Shown in pieces: positions 21,163 to 31,417 of a stretch of DNA of 64,000 nt. The DNA is from Bacteroidota bacterium. GTDB lineage: Bacteria; Bacteroidota; Bacteroidia; Flavobacteriales; Flavobacteriaceae. Location of the stretch: NCBI GenBank assembly GCA_027621175.1, contig JAQCCM010000003.1, positions 24,845-88,844 on the forward strand. Reading direction: 5' to 3'. Below the pieces are notes generated by a model that saw nothing but the letters and a program-made list of their open reading frames with translations, did not search any database and was not told the DNA's origin. The translations under genes were made by a program, and so were the position numbers. Each line of letters begins with the position of its first letter. Position 1 is the stretch's first letter.

Positions 21163-22419
21163 TTAAAGATAAGGCAACAGGTTTTCCAGTCTTACACTTC
21201 TAGAACCTTTCACCAAAATTTCATCCGCTTCAATAGGGTTATTTTTCAGTTGCGTTACAAGGTCTTCGGTTGTTTCAAACCAGTTTGCGTCCACAAAAGG
21301 GTTATAAGGCCTGCCTACCCAATAGCAATGTTCAATGTCCGTGGTTTTCACAAGCTTTACAAGTGCTTCGTGTTCATTTGCTTCGTGTGCTCCAAGCTCT
21401 GCCATAGTTCCTAAAATCACCGCTTTTTTTCCTGTCCTTTTGCTAAAGGAAATCACAGCGGCATGCATGCTTGTTGGGTTTGCGTTATAAGCATCTAGTA
21501 CAATGGTTTTGTTGGTTTTTTGGACTAGTTGTGAACGATGATTCACAGGGGTATAATCCGAAATAGCAGCTGCACTTTGTTCTACGGGAACACCAAAAGC
21601 ACTTCCTACACGAACAGCCGCAGCAATATTAGTTCTGTTATAACTTCCCGCTAATTGGGTATTTATTTTGATATTATTGAATGATAATTCGAGTGTTGGG
21701 TGGTCTTTATGTATTAAAAAACTTGAAGGACCATACTCGATACTTAAATTCTCCCCAAGCGAGTTTAGTAGCTTTGGATCTTCTTGATTTACAAAAACTA
21801 CTCCATCATTTTTTTCTAAAAATCTGTAAAGTTCCGTTTTCCCTTGCAGTACACCTTCCTCAGAACCAAAACCCTCGAGATGTGCTTTCCCAACGTTAGT
21901 GATAAGCCCGTGCGTAGGTTGAGCAATACGGCATAAAAAATCGATTTCATGCAAATGATTTGCCCCCATTTCTATAAGCGCATGACTGTGCGTATTGTTC
22001 AAGCGCAATAGCGTAAGTGGAACGCCAATGTGATTGTTTAAATTTCCCTCCGTTGACAGTACATTGTGTAAGGTGTTGAGTACTACAGCGATCAGTTCTT
22101 TGGTGGTGGTTTTCCCGTTACTTCCAGTAAGTGCAATAACAGGAATATCAAATTGTTTTCTGTGATGATTAGCGAGTGATTGAAGCGTTTGTAATACATC
22201 ATCTACCAAAAGACATTTTGGATGTGCAGCTGCTATTTCTAGTTGATCAACAATAGCGGCAGTTGCTCCTTTTTCAAGGGCGCTTAAGGCATACGCATTG
22301 CCATTGAAGTTTACTCCTTTGAGCGCAAAAAAGAGCTTGTTGTCAAGGGGTTTTCGACTATCGGTTTCTACACCCGAAGACGCCAAGAAAAATGAATAAA
22401 CTTCTTTAAGCGAAGTCAT
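21163..22419 (-). CDS. murF: UDP-N-acetylmuramoyl-tripeptide--D-alanyl-D-alanine ligase
   Basis: Mur ligase P-loop GSNGKTTTKE and DAYNANPTSM. The start lies 3 nt after the gldJ stop. Confidence 0.9.
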   Translation of the reverse strand: MTSLKEVYSFFLASSGVETDSRKPLDNKLFFALKGVNFNGNAYALSALEKGATAAIVDQLEIAAAHPKCLLVDDVLQTLQSLANHHRKQFDIPVIALTGSNGKTTTKELIAVVLNTLHNVLSTEGNLNNHIGVPLTLLRLNNTHSHALIEMGANHLHEIDFLCRIAQPTHGLITNVGKAHLEGFGSEEGVLQGKTELYRFLEKNDGVVFVNQEDPKLLNSLGENLSIEYGPSSFLIHKDHPTLELSFNNIKINTQLAGSYNRTNIAAAVRVGSAFGVPVEQSAAAISDYTPVNHRSQLVQKTNKTIVLDAYNANPTSMHAAVISFSKRTGKKAVILGTMAELGAHEANEHEALVKLVKTTDIEHCYWVGRPYNPFVDANWFETTEDLVTQLKNNPIEADEILVKGSRSVRLENLLPYL

Positions 22420-22422
22420 GAG

Positions 22423-24018
22423 CTAATCGCGCGGACGTTTCTTTACGTTGCTTTCACCTAGGTATGACATCGCACATCTAAACCCAATATAATCAGCAGC
22501 CATAAACTCTGGTAAATAGCGTCTTTGCGAGGGGTCTAACCAGTAAGAGCGATCTTTCCAAGATCCTCCTTTTATAACACGTGTTTGGTCTGAAATCAGT
22601 GATTTCACATCTTCTTTGTTTTCAATGGCTTCCCCGTTATCATCTACAGCGAATTTGTACATGTTTTTGTCAAACGGATTAGATTCATCGTCACCATCCA
22701 TAAAATCACTATTATAGGCTTTGTTAAAGTTTGGTCTTAATTGCGCATCCGTGGTCTCGATTTCAGTAAATTTAACCGAACCAGGAAGTGCTTTAACATA
22801 TAATTTGTTGTTAGGCATGGTGTCTAGTTCCACCTCACTTACAATAACTGTTTTTCCTTCAGGACCAATAGCAGGTTTTGCATAGAGATTGCCTCTGTAA
22901 TAGTTCATGTCCGAGATATTATTATCCACAATGGGACGATAAACATCTGCTACCCATTCGGCAACATTTCCTGCCATACCATGTAGTCCAAAGTCATTGG
23001 GAGGATAAGCACGTACAGGAGCTGTAATGTCTGCATTATCTGAAGACCAACCCGAAAGACCGCTGTAGTCTCCTTTGCCTTGCTTAAAGTTTGCCAATTG
23101 GTCACCCTCGTTTTTACGTTTACCAGAACGTGTAGACGCACCAGCCCATGGATATTTCTTTTTTCCGCGATAACTGTTATACTCACGAAGCTCTGATAGA
23201 CCCAAAGCCGCATATTCCCATTCCGCTTCTGTGGGAAGGCGGTATTCGGGTAATAATAAACCGTCTTTACGTTTCACAAAATTAAATGCTGAAGAATCAG
23301 CTTCCCTGCTTTTTGGTTGTGCATTTCGACCTGCCTTATCAGCAAAAGCGCCTCCGTACGATTGGTCTGGAGCTTGCAAATACGTTTGTGTATTAAACTC
23401 GTTACCAGGTGTGATACTGTCAATTTGAAGGCTAACCCCTTTTTCGATATACCCTTCGCGTTCCAAAATACGTTCGTTTACACGTTCGGTACGCCACTTG
23501 GCGTAGTTTGTAGCTTGCTGCCATGTAACACCAACAACAGGATAATCTCTAAATGCAGGGTGGCGTAAATAATTATTTACCATATCTTCATTAAAGCCTA
23601 ACGGGCTTCGCCAAACCATAGTATCCGGTATGGCAGCTACATATACATTACGGAAATTGCCGCCAGTGTTCTTATATACACGCTCTAGCCAATCTAAATA
23701 TTCAATATACATAAGGTTCGTAACCTCTGTTTCGTCCATAAAAAACGAACGTACTTGCACGCGAACAGGCGCATTATTCCAATCGCGCATGACGTCGTCT
23801 TGGACTCTTCCTTTAACAAAAGTTCCGCCAGGAACAAATACCAGTCCTGGTCCAGCTTCTTGCCCTTTATAATTCGTTTTATATTGAAAGCCTCCTCGAC
23901 TTGAATTTATTTCAATGCCCGTACCTTGCGATACATTAGAGCGGCGATTACCCGAGCTACAGCTTGAGAGAAATGCAATAAAAATGAGAGAAATGAATAA
24001 TTTTGCGTGTGTGTTCAT
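22423..24018 (-). CDS. gldJ: Gliding motility lipoprotein GldJ (formylglycine-generating-enzyme/SUMF1-like fold)
   Basis: Lipoprotein signal FLSSCSS. FGE-like motifs (TEAEWEYAA, GMAGNVAEWV, IKGGSWKD). Sits in the gldJ/porU/porV neighbourhood described for Flavobacterium johnsoniae. Confidence 0.85.
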   Translation of the reverse strand: MNTHAKLFISLIFIAFLSSCSSGNRRSNVSQGTGIEINSSRGGFQYKTNYKGQEAGPGLVFVPGGTFVKGRVQDDVMRDWNNAPVRVQVRSFFMDETEVTNLMYIEYLDWLERVYKNTGGNFRNVYVAAIPDTMVWRSPLGFNEDMVNNYLRHPAFRDYPVVGVTWQQATNYAKWRTERVNERILEREGYIEKGVSLQIDSITPGNEFNTQTYLQAPDQSYGGAFADKAGRNAQPKSREADSSAFNFVKRKDGLLLPEYRLPTEAEWEYAALGLSELREYNSYRGKKKYPWAGASTRSGKRKNEGDQLANFKQGKGDYSGLSGWSSDNADITAPVRAYPPNDFGLHGMAGNVAEWVADVYRPIVDNNISDMNYYRGNLYAKPAIGPEGKTVIVSEVELDTMPNNKLYVKALPGSVKFTEIETTDAQLRPNFNKAYNSDFMDGDDESNPFDKNMYKFAVDDNGEAIENKEDVKSLISDQTRVIKGGSWKDRSYWLDPSQRRYLPEFMAADYIGFRCAMSYLGESNVKKRPRD

Positions 24019-24096
24019 TTGTAAGTTTCAAATCATAACAATGGTGCAATATACGAATAATTCATCCGTTTTATTACTTACTAAACGTCGTCAAAA

Positions 24097-24104
24097 CAAA
24101 AATA
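24097..24104 (-). promoter_or_regulatory. Candidate -7 promoter box (TATTTTTG on the minus strand) for gldJ-murF
   Basis: The plus strand reads CAAAAATA, 78 nt upstream of the gldJ start. Confidence 0.35.
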
Positions 24105-24144
24105 GTATATCTAAAACCAAATACAATTAACGTATACACATCGT

Positions 24145-24152
24145 TATCTTTG
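24145..24152 (+). promoter_or_regulatory. Candidate -7 promoter box (TATCTTTG) for porU-porV
   Basis: Perfect TAnnTTTG, 3 nt upstream of the ATG at 24156. Confidence 0.4.
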
Positions 24153-24155
24153 CAT

Positions 24156-27100
24156 ATGACTCTAAAATATTGTGGTTTTTTTGTTTCGATTTTTGGCTCT
24201 TTGTGGATGTTTGTTTCTGCACAAACCTCCCCATTGCACCCATTTTTAGACAGCACCATTACGTCTTGGTATCGTTTTTCGGTTGAAGAAACGGGTGTGC
24301 AAAAAATATCCAAAGATTTTTTAAAACAATTGGGAATACCCATAGATGATATTGACCCAAAAACACTCCGTATTTTTGGTAGGGGTGGTGAAATGCTTCC
24401 GTTAAAAAATACTGCTGAAGTGGAAATGCTTTATGAGAACGCACTTTTGGTCGTTGGAGAAGAAGACGGTTCATTCGATAATGAAGATTACATTTTGTTT
24501 ATGGGGTATGCAGGCGATACTTGGAATGCAGAAAGTCAAACGTTTAGAAACCTATATCACAACACGGCAACCTATTATATAACCTATGGAACCTCGTACG
24601 GAAAACGCGTTGTGGTTGAAAATGGGAATGAGGTTGTTTCACCCAATGCAATTCATACAGGAATTTACCAAACGGTAATAGAAGAAGACAATTACAATAT
24701 TGGCTCACTGGGTAGGCGATGGTTTGCAGAGCGTTTTACGGACGAAAAAAAAGAAACCTGTACGCTGCAAACACCAAATGTAATGGATGGAACTATGATC
24801 GATGTAGTTGCTCGTGTTGCGGCTGCTGCAAATATCAAAACTTCTTTCAATTTTAGTATAGGCACTGAATCAAAAACTAGTACACTTGGATCTAAAGGCA
24901 GTACGAATATTGCAACAGAACCTTCCGCGCGTTTTAACTCTTTGTCGGGTGTAATACACCTTCAGTCAAGTGCTACTGACGAAGTGACCACTGAACTCGA
25001 GTATATCGCAAACGGTGATTTTAGTTCTTATGGGTTTTTGGATTTTATTTTGGTGCAATACAACAGAAAACTTTTGGGAACAGGGTCAAGTTTTTTATTT
25101 AAACTGGACCCCTCATTAGGAGTACAAGAATTAGCCATAACTGATGCGTCTTCAGATACTATGCTGTGGGAATTGAATAGCGATGTGGTACACACGCCAC
25201 CTGTAGATGCAACGACATTTGCTGCAGATGTCTTGGTAAATGAAGATGCTATTTTTGTCTTGGCGACGGACTACAAAACCCCAACCTATATACGGAGCAC
25301 GCGTTCATTTTCACCGCCTTCATTTTTAGCACAAATCAATAAACTGCCTACAACTACATATTTGCTTATTACTTCAGAAGCGTATAGAGCTGAAGCGGAG
25401 CGCTTGGTCACGCACCGAATAGAAAACCGAGGATTGCAAGCTCAATTGGTTACTCTTGAAGAAATTTACGAAGCCTTTTCCACAGGTCAACAGGATATTG
25501 CTGCTATTCGAAATTTTGTCCGTTATCTCTATGTATCACAAGAGAAGCAACTGAAATATTTATGTTTGTTTGGCGATACAAGTTATGATTATCAAAAACG
25601 TACACGTAACAATGATATGATTGTGCCTACGTTTCATGCGCTCTCAAGTTTTTCGTTGTCAAATTCATTTATGTCCGATGATTTTTTTACGATGATGGAT
25701 GCTGGCGAGGGACTTTTAAGCTCAGTGGATGAAATGGATTTGGCGGTTGGACGCATGGTGTTTTCAAACAAAACGCAAGCTACCGTTGCCGTAGATAAAG
25801 TAATGGCATATGAATCCCCAAAAAATAAAGGAAGCTGGAACAATAGCTTTACCATTTTAGCCGATGATGCAGACTATTTCCCTCCAAAAAACGATTACAC
25901 TTTACAAATTGAGTTAAATCAAGTTGCGGATAATCTTTCCAAAGAAAATCAGTTCTTAAACATTACAAAGCTGCTAGCCGACTCATATAAACAAGAAGCA
26001 ACTGCTGGTGGAGACAGTTATCCAGATGTAAAATTAGCACTAGAAAATCGTCTATCACAAGGAACCTTGGCTGTTCAGTACTTTGGACATGGAGGAGAGG
26101 ATGGATTAGCAAGTGAATTCTTGATGGACAAAAAAATGGCTCAAAGCCTATTTCACCCCGGCAAGTATCCGCTCTTTATTGTTGTAACATGTGAATTCAC
26201 TCGTTTTGATAATCACGATAGGCAAACCGCTGGTGAGCTACTGTATCAAAACCCAACCGGAGGAGCATTAGGGCTTGTTTCTACTACACGTCAAATTTAT
26301 GTAAATGAAGGAATAGCATTCAATAAACTCATCACGAAATATTTATTTCCTTCAAATCGAGATGAGACTACCAGCATTGCCGAAGCGTTGCGAAAAGCAA
26401 AAACCGAATTTCGGAATACCAATCAAAAGCGCGTCATTTTTTGCATAGGTGATCCTGCTCTTAAATTAAATACCCCAAAGCCTAAAGTCGACATTACACA
26501 TGTTAATGGTGTTCCAATTGAGTCGGCTACAGATGATCAAAAAACGATGAATGCTTTGAGTAAAATTGCGATTCGTGGAGTTCTGTCTAATCCAAGTGGA
26601 GAGGTGCAAAAAGACTTTAATGGCGAAGTGACGCTTCAAGTGTTTGATAAAAATCAAATACGCAACGTATTAAACAATGATGGCAATCCCAGTTACAAGG
26701 ACAATCCATTTGAATTTCAAGTCATCGGAAAGCAAATTTTTCAAGGATTATCTACTGTAGAAGACGGAACATTTACATTTAATTTTGTGGTGCCTAAAGA
26801 TATAGATTTAGACCTGGGCGAAGCCCGACTAACCATGATTGCCTTTAACGAAGACAAAAGCGAATCCCTAGGCGGATACTCTGATGAACTACGTATTGGC
26901 GGATTAAATTCTTTAGCTCCTGAAGACAATTTAGGACCAAAAATTGACGTATACCTCAACGATCGTACTTTTATGGATGGCGACCGGGTTTTTAGTAGCC
27001 CAACACTCATTTTAGATTTAGCAGACGAAAATGGTATAAATACTGCCGGAGGAATTGGACACGACATCACCGCGGTTCTGGATAATAACCAGATGAATCC

Positions 27101-27584
27101 GTTGGTGCTTAACGGATATTATTCAACAGCTTTAGATGATTTTACCAAAGGAACCCTTTCATATCCTTTGAATAATTTAGCAACTGGTGCCCATACACTT
27201 ACCATAAAAGCATGGGATACGTACAATAACCCGAGTACAAAAACGATTGCGTTTTGGGTCATGGATAACAGCAACCTAAAAATAGAACGCGTTTTCAACT
27301 CGCCTAATCCTGTTACAAATCAAACAACATTTTTTGTGCAACATAACCGTCCACGTGAACTTATAAAAGCGAATTTGTATATCTTCACAATGGATGGGAA
27401 ACGAATATATGACAGCAGTCAAAATGTGTCCTCACCTGGGTATATGTTAGATAGTTTACACTGGGATGCAACTTCTTACAGTGGACAAAAAGTAAATAAA
27501 GGCACTTACTTGTACACGATTGAGCTTATTTCTACGTTATCACAATCAACCGATACCTATTCGTCTAAACTTATTATTAAATAA
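24156..27584 (+). CDS. porU: Type IX secretion system sortase PorU (C25 peptidase family)
   Basis: Signal peptide. Gingipain-like His and Cys motifs YFGHGGEDG and FIVVTCEF. T9SS C-terminal sorting domain (...FNSPNPVTNQTTFFV...KLIIK). I chose the ATG at 24156 over the TTG at 24150. Confidence 0.88.
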   Translation: MTLKYCGFFVSIFGSLWMFVSAQTSPLHPFLDSTITSWYRFSVEETGVQKISKDFLKQLGIPIDDIDPKTLRIFGRGGEMLPLKNTAEVEMLYENALLVVGEEDGSFDNEDYILFMGYAGDTWNAESQTFRNLYHNTATYYITYGTSYGKRVVVENGNEVVSPNAIHTGIYQTVIEEDNYNIGSLGRRWFAERFTDEKKETCTLQTPNVMDGTMIDVVARVAAAANIKTSFNFSIGTESKTSTLGSKGSTNIATEPSARFNSLSGVIHLQSSATDEVTTELEYIANGDFSSYGFLDFILVQYNRKLLGTGSSFLFKLDPSLGVQELAITDASSDTMLWELNSDVVHTPPVDATTFAADVLVNEDAIFVLATDYKTPTYIRSTRSFSPPSFLAQINKLPTTTYLLITSEAYRAEAERLVTHRIENRGLQAQLVTLEEIYEAFSTGQQDIAAIRNFVRYLYVSQEKQLKYLCLFGDTSYDYQKRTRNNDMIVPTFHALSSFSLSNSFMSDDFFTMMDAGEGLLSSVDEMDLAVGRMVFSNKTQATVAVDKVMAYESPKNKGSWNNSFTILADDADYFPPKNDYTLQIELNQVADNLSKENQFLNITKLLADSYKQEATAGGDSYPDVKLALENRLSQGTLAVQYFGHGGEDGLASEFLMDKKMAQSLFHPGKYPLFIVVTCEFTRFDNHDRQTAGELLYQNPTGGALGLVSTTRQIYVNEGIAFNKLITKYLFPSNRDETTSIAEALRKAKTEFRNTNQKRVIFCIGDPALKLNTPKPKVDITHVNGVPIESATDDQKTMNALSKIAIRGVLSNPSGEVQKDFNGEVTLQVFDKNQIRNVLNNDGNPSYKDNPFEFQVIGKQIFQGLSTVEDGTFTFNFVVPKDIDLDLGEARLTMIAFNEDKSESLGGYSDELRIGGLNSLAPEDNLGPKIDVYLNDRTFMDGDRVFSSPTLILDLADENGINTAGGIGHDITAVLDNNQMNPLVLNGYYSTALDDFTKGTLSYPLNNLATGAHTLTIKAWDTYNNPSTKTIAFWVMDNSNLKIERVFNSPNPVTNQTTFFVQHNRPRELIKANLYIFTMDGKRIYDSSQNVSSPGYMLDSLHWDATSYSGQKVNKGTYLYTIELISTLSQSTDTYSSKLIIK

Positions 27585-27585
27585 C

Positions 27586-28731
27586 ATGAAACAACTTACC
27601 ACTTTATTTTTCTTCTTTGGACTTTTTCAGTTTTCTTACGCACAAAATCGTGTTATTACCACAGGCGTTCCTTTTTTAAACATTGCTCCCGACGCACGTT
27701 CAGCTGCTTTGGGGGATCAAGGGGTTGCAACATCTGCAGATGCATTTTCTAATCATTGGAACCCTGCAAAGTTTGCTTTTGCTCCTAATGAAATAGGAGT
27801 TGCAATCAGTTACACGCCATATTTAAGCAAACTCGTAAACGATATTTTCCTTGCTGATTTGACGTATTACCGCGCTATTGATGACCGTTCTGCTTGGGCT
27901 GTTGGATTGCGCTATTTTAGTTTGGGGGAGATTATAACAGGGAATACTGCTGAAGAAATCTTAAATAACCCATTAATACTTAGACCTAATGAATTTGTTT
28001 TAGATGCCTCTTATGCGCTAAAACTTAACGATAAATTCTCTATGGCTGTTCAGGCGTCGTTTTTAACTTCCGATTTAAAACTGCCAACAGGTAATAATGA
28101 AAGTGTGGCTGCGAGTACAGTTTCCGTTGGAATCTCAGGATTTTATGAGTCTTATGAAGTGCCCTATTCAAACTTTTCAGGTATTTGGCGTGCGGGATTT
28201 AATATTTCCAATATCGGACCAAAACTTAAATATGAGGATGAAGGTGAGTCAGACTTTTTGCCAACCAACTTAAAGTTTGGTGGTGGTTTTGATTTTATTT
28301 TTGATTCCTATAACAAGCTTAATGTAAGTCTGGAGTTTAACAAGCTTTTGGTGCCTTCACCAAGCGAGCCTGTTACAGATAAAGATGGAAATATAACGGG
28401 TTACAAACAACCTAGTGAAGTGGGTGTTCTTTCCGGGATTTTTAAATCCTTTGGCGATGCGCCCGATGGTTTTAACGAAGAGTTAAAAGAGTTCACTTGG
28501 GCGCTTGGTGCTGAGTTTATGTACGATGAATCTTTTGCCTTACGTGCGGGCTATTTTAACGAAAACGAACTTAAGGGCGCACGAAAATTCATCACCCTTG
28601 GAGCAGGTTTTAAATACAATACCATCGATATTGATTTATCCTATCTGATTTCTGCAACCAAAGTGGTAAACCCACTTGAAAATACGCTTCGTTTTTCACT
28701 TACATTTAACTTTGGGGAAGAACGTTACTAA
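27586..28731 (+). CDS. porV: Type IX secretion system outer membrane channel/shuttle protein PorV (LptO)
   Basis: Signal peptide MKQLTTLFFFFGLFQFSYAQ and signature GVPFLNIAPDARSAALGDQGVATS. Beta-barrel-like composition ending in F. The start is 1 nt after the porU stop. Confidence 0.88.
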   Translation: MKQLTTLFFFFGLFQFSYAQNRVITTGVPFLNIAPDARSAALGDQGVATSADAFSNHWNPAKFAFAPNEIGVAISYTPYLSKLVNDIFLADLTYYRAIDDRSAWAVGLRYFSLGEIITGNTAEEILNNPLILRPNEFVLDASYALKLNDKFSMAVQASFLTSDLKLPTGNNESVAASTVSVGISGFYESYEVPYSNFSGIWRAGFNISNIGPKLKYEDEGESDFLPTNLKFGGGFDFIFDSYNKLNVSLEFNKLLVPSPSEPVTDKDGNITGYKQPSEVGVLSGIFKSFGDAPDGFNEELKEFTWALGAEFMYDESFALRAGYFNENELKGARKFITLGAGFKYNTIDIDLSYLISATKVVNPLENTLRFSLTFNFGEERY

Positions 28732-28769
28732 GCTTTTTCGTTTTGTTTTTTTCCATGAATTAGTTGCCG

Positions 28770-28777
28770 TATCTTTG
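28770..28777 (+). promoter_or_regulatory. Candidate -7 promoter box (TATCTTTG) for pdhA-E2
   Basis: Perfect TAnnTTTG, 24 nt upstream of the ATG at 28802. Confidence 0.5.
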
Positions 28778-28801
28778 CGCAACTTATAACAGTCAAATCC
28801 T

Positions 28802-29800
28802 ATGGAAAAAGTTACGCGCGAAACCTACCTGAATTGGTACGAGAACATGTTATTTTGGCGCAAGTTTGAAGATAAACTTGCATCGGTTTATATCCAACAA
28901 AAAGTTCGCGGATTTTTACACCTATACAACGGTCAAGAAGCCATTCTTGCCGGATCCCTTCACGCCATGGATCTTACTAAAGATCGCATGATTACAGCGT
29001 ATCGTAATCACGTGCAGCCTATAGGAATGGGTGTTGACCCAAAAAGAGTGATGGCGGAACTGTTTGGGAAAGCCACGGGAACTTCTAACGGTTTAGGTGG
29101 TTCAATGCACATTTTTTCAAAAGAACACCGTTTCCACGGAGGTCATGGAATTGTTGGCGGTCAAATTCCATTAGGAGCAGGTATGGCTTTTGGTGATAAA
29201 TACCACGGCAGCGATGCGGTTACCCTTTGTTTTATGGGTGATGGAGCCGTTCGTCAAGGATCCTTACACGAAACCCTAAACTTGGCAATGCTTTGGAAAC
29301 TTCCAGTTGTGTTTGTTGTAGAAAACAACGGATATGCCATGGGAACTTCGGTAGAGCGTACCGCTAACCACACTGATATTTGGAAACTTGGACTAGGCTA
29401 CGAAATGCCCTGTGGTCCAATTGACGGCATGAATCCGGTTGCTGTTGCAGAAGGAATTGATGAAGCTATTCAACGCGCGCGCCGCGGCGACGGTCCTACA
29501 TTCTTAGAAGCGAAAACGTATCGTTATCGTGGTCATTCGATGTCTGATGCGCAACATTACCGCACCAAAGATGAAGTAGAAGAATACCGCAAAATAGACC
29601 CAATTACACAGGTCAAAGACATTGTTTTAAAAGAAGCATACGCTTCTGAAGATGAACTTGCAGCAATTGATGCTCGTGTAAAAGCACGTGTTAAAGAATG
29701 CGAAGAATTTGCAGAATCGTCTCCATTCCCTGAAAAGAGTTTGATGTATGACGCTGTTTACGAACAAAAAGATTACCCATTTATTTCTCACAAATTATAA
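28802..29800 (+). CDS. pdhA: Pyruvate dehydrogenase (acetyl-transferring) E1 component, alpha subunit
   Basis: ThDP-binding region GDGAVRQGSLHETLNLAMLWKLPVVFVVENNGYAMGT and YRYRGHSMSD. Confidence 0.9.
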   Translation: MEKVTRETYLNWYENMLFWRKFEDKLASVYIQQKVRGFLHLYNGQEAILAGSLHAMDLTKDRMITAYRNHVQPIGMGVDPKRVMAELFGKATGTSNGLGGSMHIFSKEHRFHGGHGIVGGQIPLGAGMAFGDKYHGSDAVTLCFMGDGAVRQGSLHETLNLAMLWKLPVVFVVENNGYAMGTSVERTANHTDIWKLGLGYEMPCGPIDGMNPVAVAEGIDEAIQRARRGDGPTFLEAKTYRYRGHSMSDAQHYRTKDEVEEYRKIDPITQVKDIVLKEAYASEDELAAIDARVKARVKECEEFAESSPFPEKSLMYDAVYEQKDYPFISHKL

Positions 29801-29801
29801 T

Positions 29802-31412
29802 ATGGCAACAATCATAAACATGCCGCGCCTAAGCGACACGATGGAAGAAGGTACTGTAGCAACATGGCTCAAAAATGTTGGAGACTCCGTATCCGAAGGT
29901 GATATTTTGGCTGAAATCGAAACCGACAAAGCTACCATGGAGTTTGAGTCTTTTTATGACGGAACGCTTTTACATATCGGAGTTCAAGCAGGTGAAACAG
30001 CTCCCGTGGATGTGTTGTTGGCTATTATTGGAGAAGAAGGTGAAGATATTACAGCGCTGCTAAGTGGCGAAACCGCAACCACTGAAGCCCATGCTGAGAG
30101 TGCTGCTCAACCAGCGCAACAAGTAGAAACAGCAGATGCTGCACCTGCAGCTATTCCCGAGGGTGTTGAAATTATTAATATGCCACGACTTAGTGATACC
30201 ATGGAAGAAGGAACAGTTGCCTCATGGTTAAAGCAAGTTGGCGATCCAGTAGAAGAAGGTGATATCTTGGCAGAGATTGAAACCGATAAAGCCACTATGG
30301 AATTTGAGTCGTTCTTTTCTGGGGTATTACTTCATATAGGAACAGCGGTAGGCGAAACAGCACCTGTGGACACACTCCTTGCTATTATTGGACCAGCTGG
30401 AACAGATGTGTCTGCTATTTTAGCTGCACCTGTTGCAGCACCAAAAGCAAAAGCGCCTGCACCTGCAGTAGAAGAAAATCCTGTAGTTACTCCTGCGCCA
30501 AAAGCAGCACCAGTAGCTGCACCCATAGCAACTGAAACGGTCACAACACCAAATACAGGCCGTATTATGGCATCGCCTTTGGCAAAGAAAATCGCCAAAG
30601 AAAAAGGAATTGATTTACAGCTTGTCACTGGAACAGGTGAGTCAGGACGTATTGTAAAACGCGATGTAGAACAATATACGCCCCCGGCAACTTCAAGTGC
30701 ACAACCCACTGTTTTTGTGCCTGCCGGTCAAGAAAAACAAGAAGAAATTCCAAACTCTCAAATGCGTAAAACCATTGCGAAGCGTTTGGGAGCTTCCAAG
30801 TTCAGTGCTCCCCACTATTATTTATCTGTGGAGTTGGATATGGATGCTGCTATTGCATTTAGAAAACAATACAATTCCATTCCAGACACGAAGATTTCTT
30901 TTAACGATATTGTCGTAAAAGCTGTGGCATTGTCGCTAAAAGAACATCCACAAGTAAATTCACAATGGTTTGATGACAAAATGGTCTTAAATCATCACGT
31001 GCATGTCGGCGTAGCCGTAGCAGTAGAAGATGGATTGGTAGTTCCAGTATTGCGATTTGCCAACGAAATGAACTTGCCACAAATTGGTACACAAGTAAGA
31101 GATTATGCTGGTCGTGCAAGAAGTAAAAAACTAACGCCGCAAGAAATGGACGGTAGTACATTTACAGTTTCTAACTTGGGAATGTTTGGTATAACCGAAT
31201 TTACTTCAATCATCAATCAACCGAATTCTGCCATACTTTCCGTTGGAGCCATTGTGCAAAAACCAGTGGTAAAAGAAGGTGAAATAGTAGTTGGAAACAC
31301 GATGAAGCTCACCCTCGCTTGCGACCACAGAACTGTAGATGGCGCAACAGGTGCGCAGTTCTTGCAAACACTGAAAGAATACATTGAAAATCCCATCCGA
31401 TTGGTGGTATAA
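29802..31412 (+). CDS. Pyruvate dehydrogenase complex E2 (dihydrolipoyllysine-residue acetyltransferase) with two lipoyl domains
   Basis: Two copies of MPRLSDTMEEGTV...ILAEIETDKATMEFES, Ala/Pro-rich linkers, subunit-binding domain ASPLAKKIAKEKGIDL, catalytic motif CDHRTVDGA. The ATG at 29802 follows the pdhA stop by 1 nt. Confidence 0.92.
   Translation: MATIINMPRLSDTMEEGTVATWLKNVGDSVSEGDILAEIETDKATMEFESFYDGTLLHIGVQAGETAPVDVLLAIIGEEGEDITALLSGETATTEAHAESAAQPAQQVETADAAPAAIPEGVEIINMPRLSDTMEEGTVASWLKQVGDPVEEGDILAEIETDKATMEFESFFSGVLLHIGTAVGETAPVDTLLAIIGPAGTDVSAILAAPVAAPKAKAPAPAVEENPVVTPAPKAAPVAAPIATETVTTPNTGRIMASPLAKKIAKEKGIDLQLVTGTGESGRIVKRDVEQYTPPATSSAQPTVFVPAGQEKQEEIPNSQMRKTIAKRLGASKFSAPHYYLSVELDMDAAIAFRKQYNSIPDTKISFNDIVVKAVALSLKEHPQVNSQWFDDKMVLNHHVHVGVAVAVEDGLVVPVLRFANEMNLPQIGTQVRDYAGRARSKKLTPQEMDGSTFTVSNLGMFGITEFTSIINQPNSAILSVGAIVQKPVVKEGEIVVGNTMKLTLACDHRTVDGATGAQFLQTLKEYIENPIRLVV
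29811..30392 (+). repeat. Tandem in-gene duplication encoding two lipoyl domains (copies about 29811..30032 and 30171..30392, period 360 nt)
   Basis: The two protein copies are near-identical (IINMPRLSDTMEEGTVA.WLK.VGD.V.EGDILAEIETDKATMEFESF...LLHIG...GETAPVD.LLAIIG). The DNA has diverged, mostly at synonymous positions. Confidence 0.9.
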
Positions 31413-31417
31413 TAGTT

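Noticed and set aside
23231-24130. Four plus-strand ORFs of 65-83 aa (23231..23428, 23317..23568, 23630..23872, 23915..24130) opposite gldJ
   Set aside because: They lie antisense to a well-supported gldJ reading frame and have no motifs and an odd composition. They are typical shadow ORFs.
24150-24155. Longer ORF-track N-termini (24150, 10478, 27520, 29748, 1507, 42642, 44326, 45117, 50421, 51327, 55443)
   Set aside because: In each case there is a downstream ATG that begins a canonical N-terminus or signal peptide. That ATG also sits directly after the upstream stop codon or a -7 box, and the extra residues look non-native.
30332-30709. 125-aa minus-strand ORF rich in Ala and Gly inside the PDH E2 gene
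   Set aside because: It is the antisense reading of the Ala/Pro-rich inter-domain linker, where GC-rich codons suppress stop codons. It is not an independent gene.
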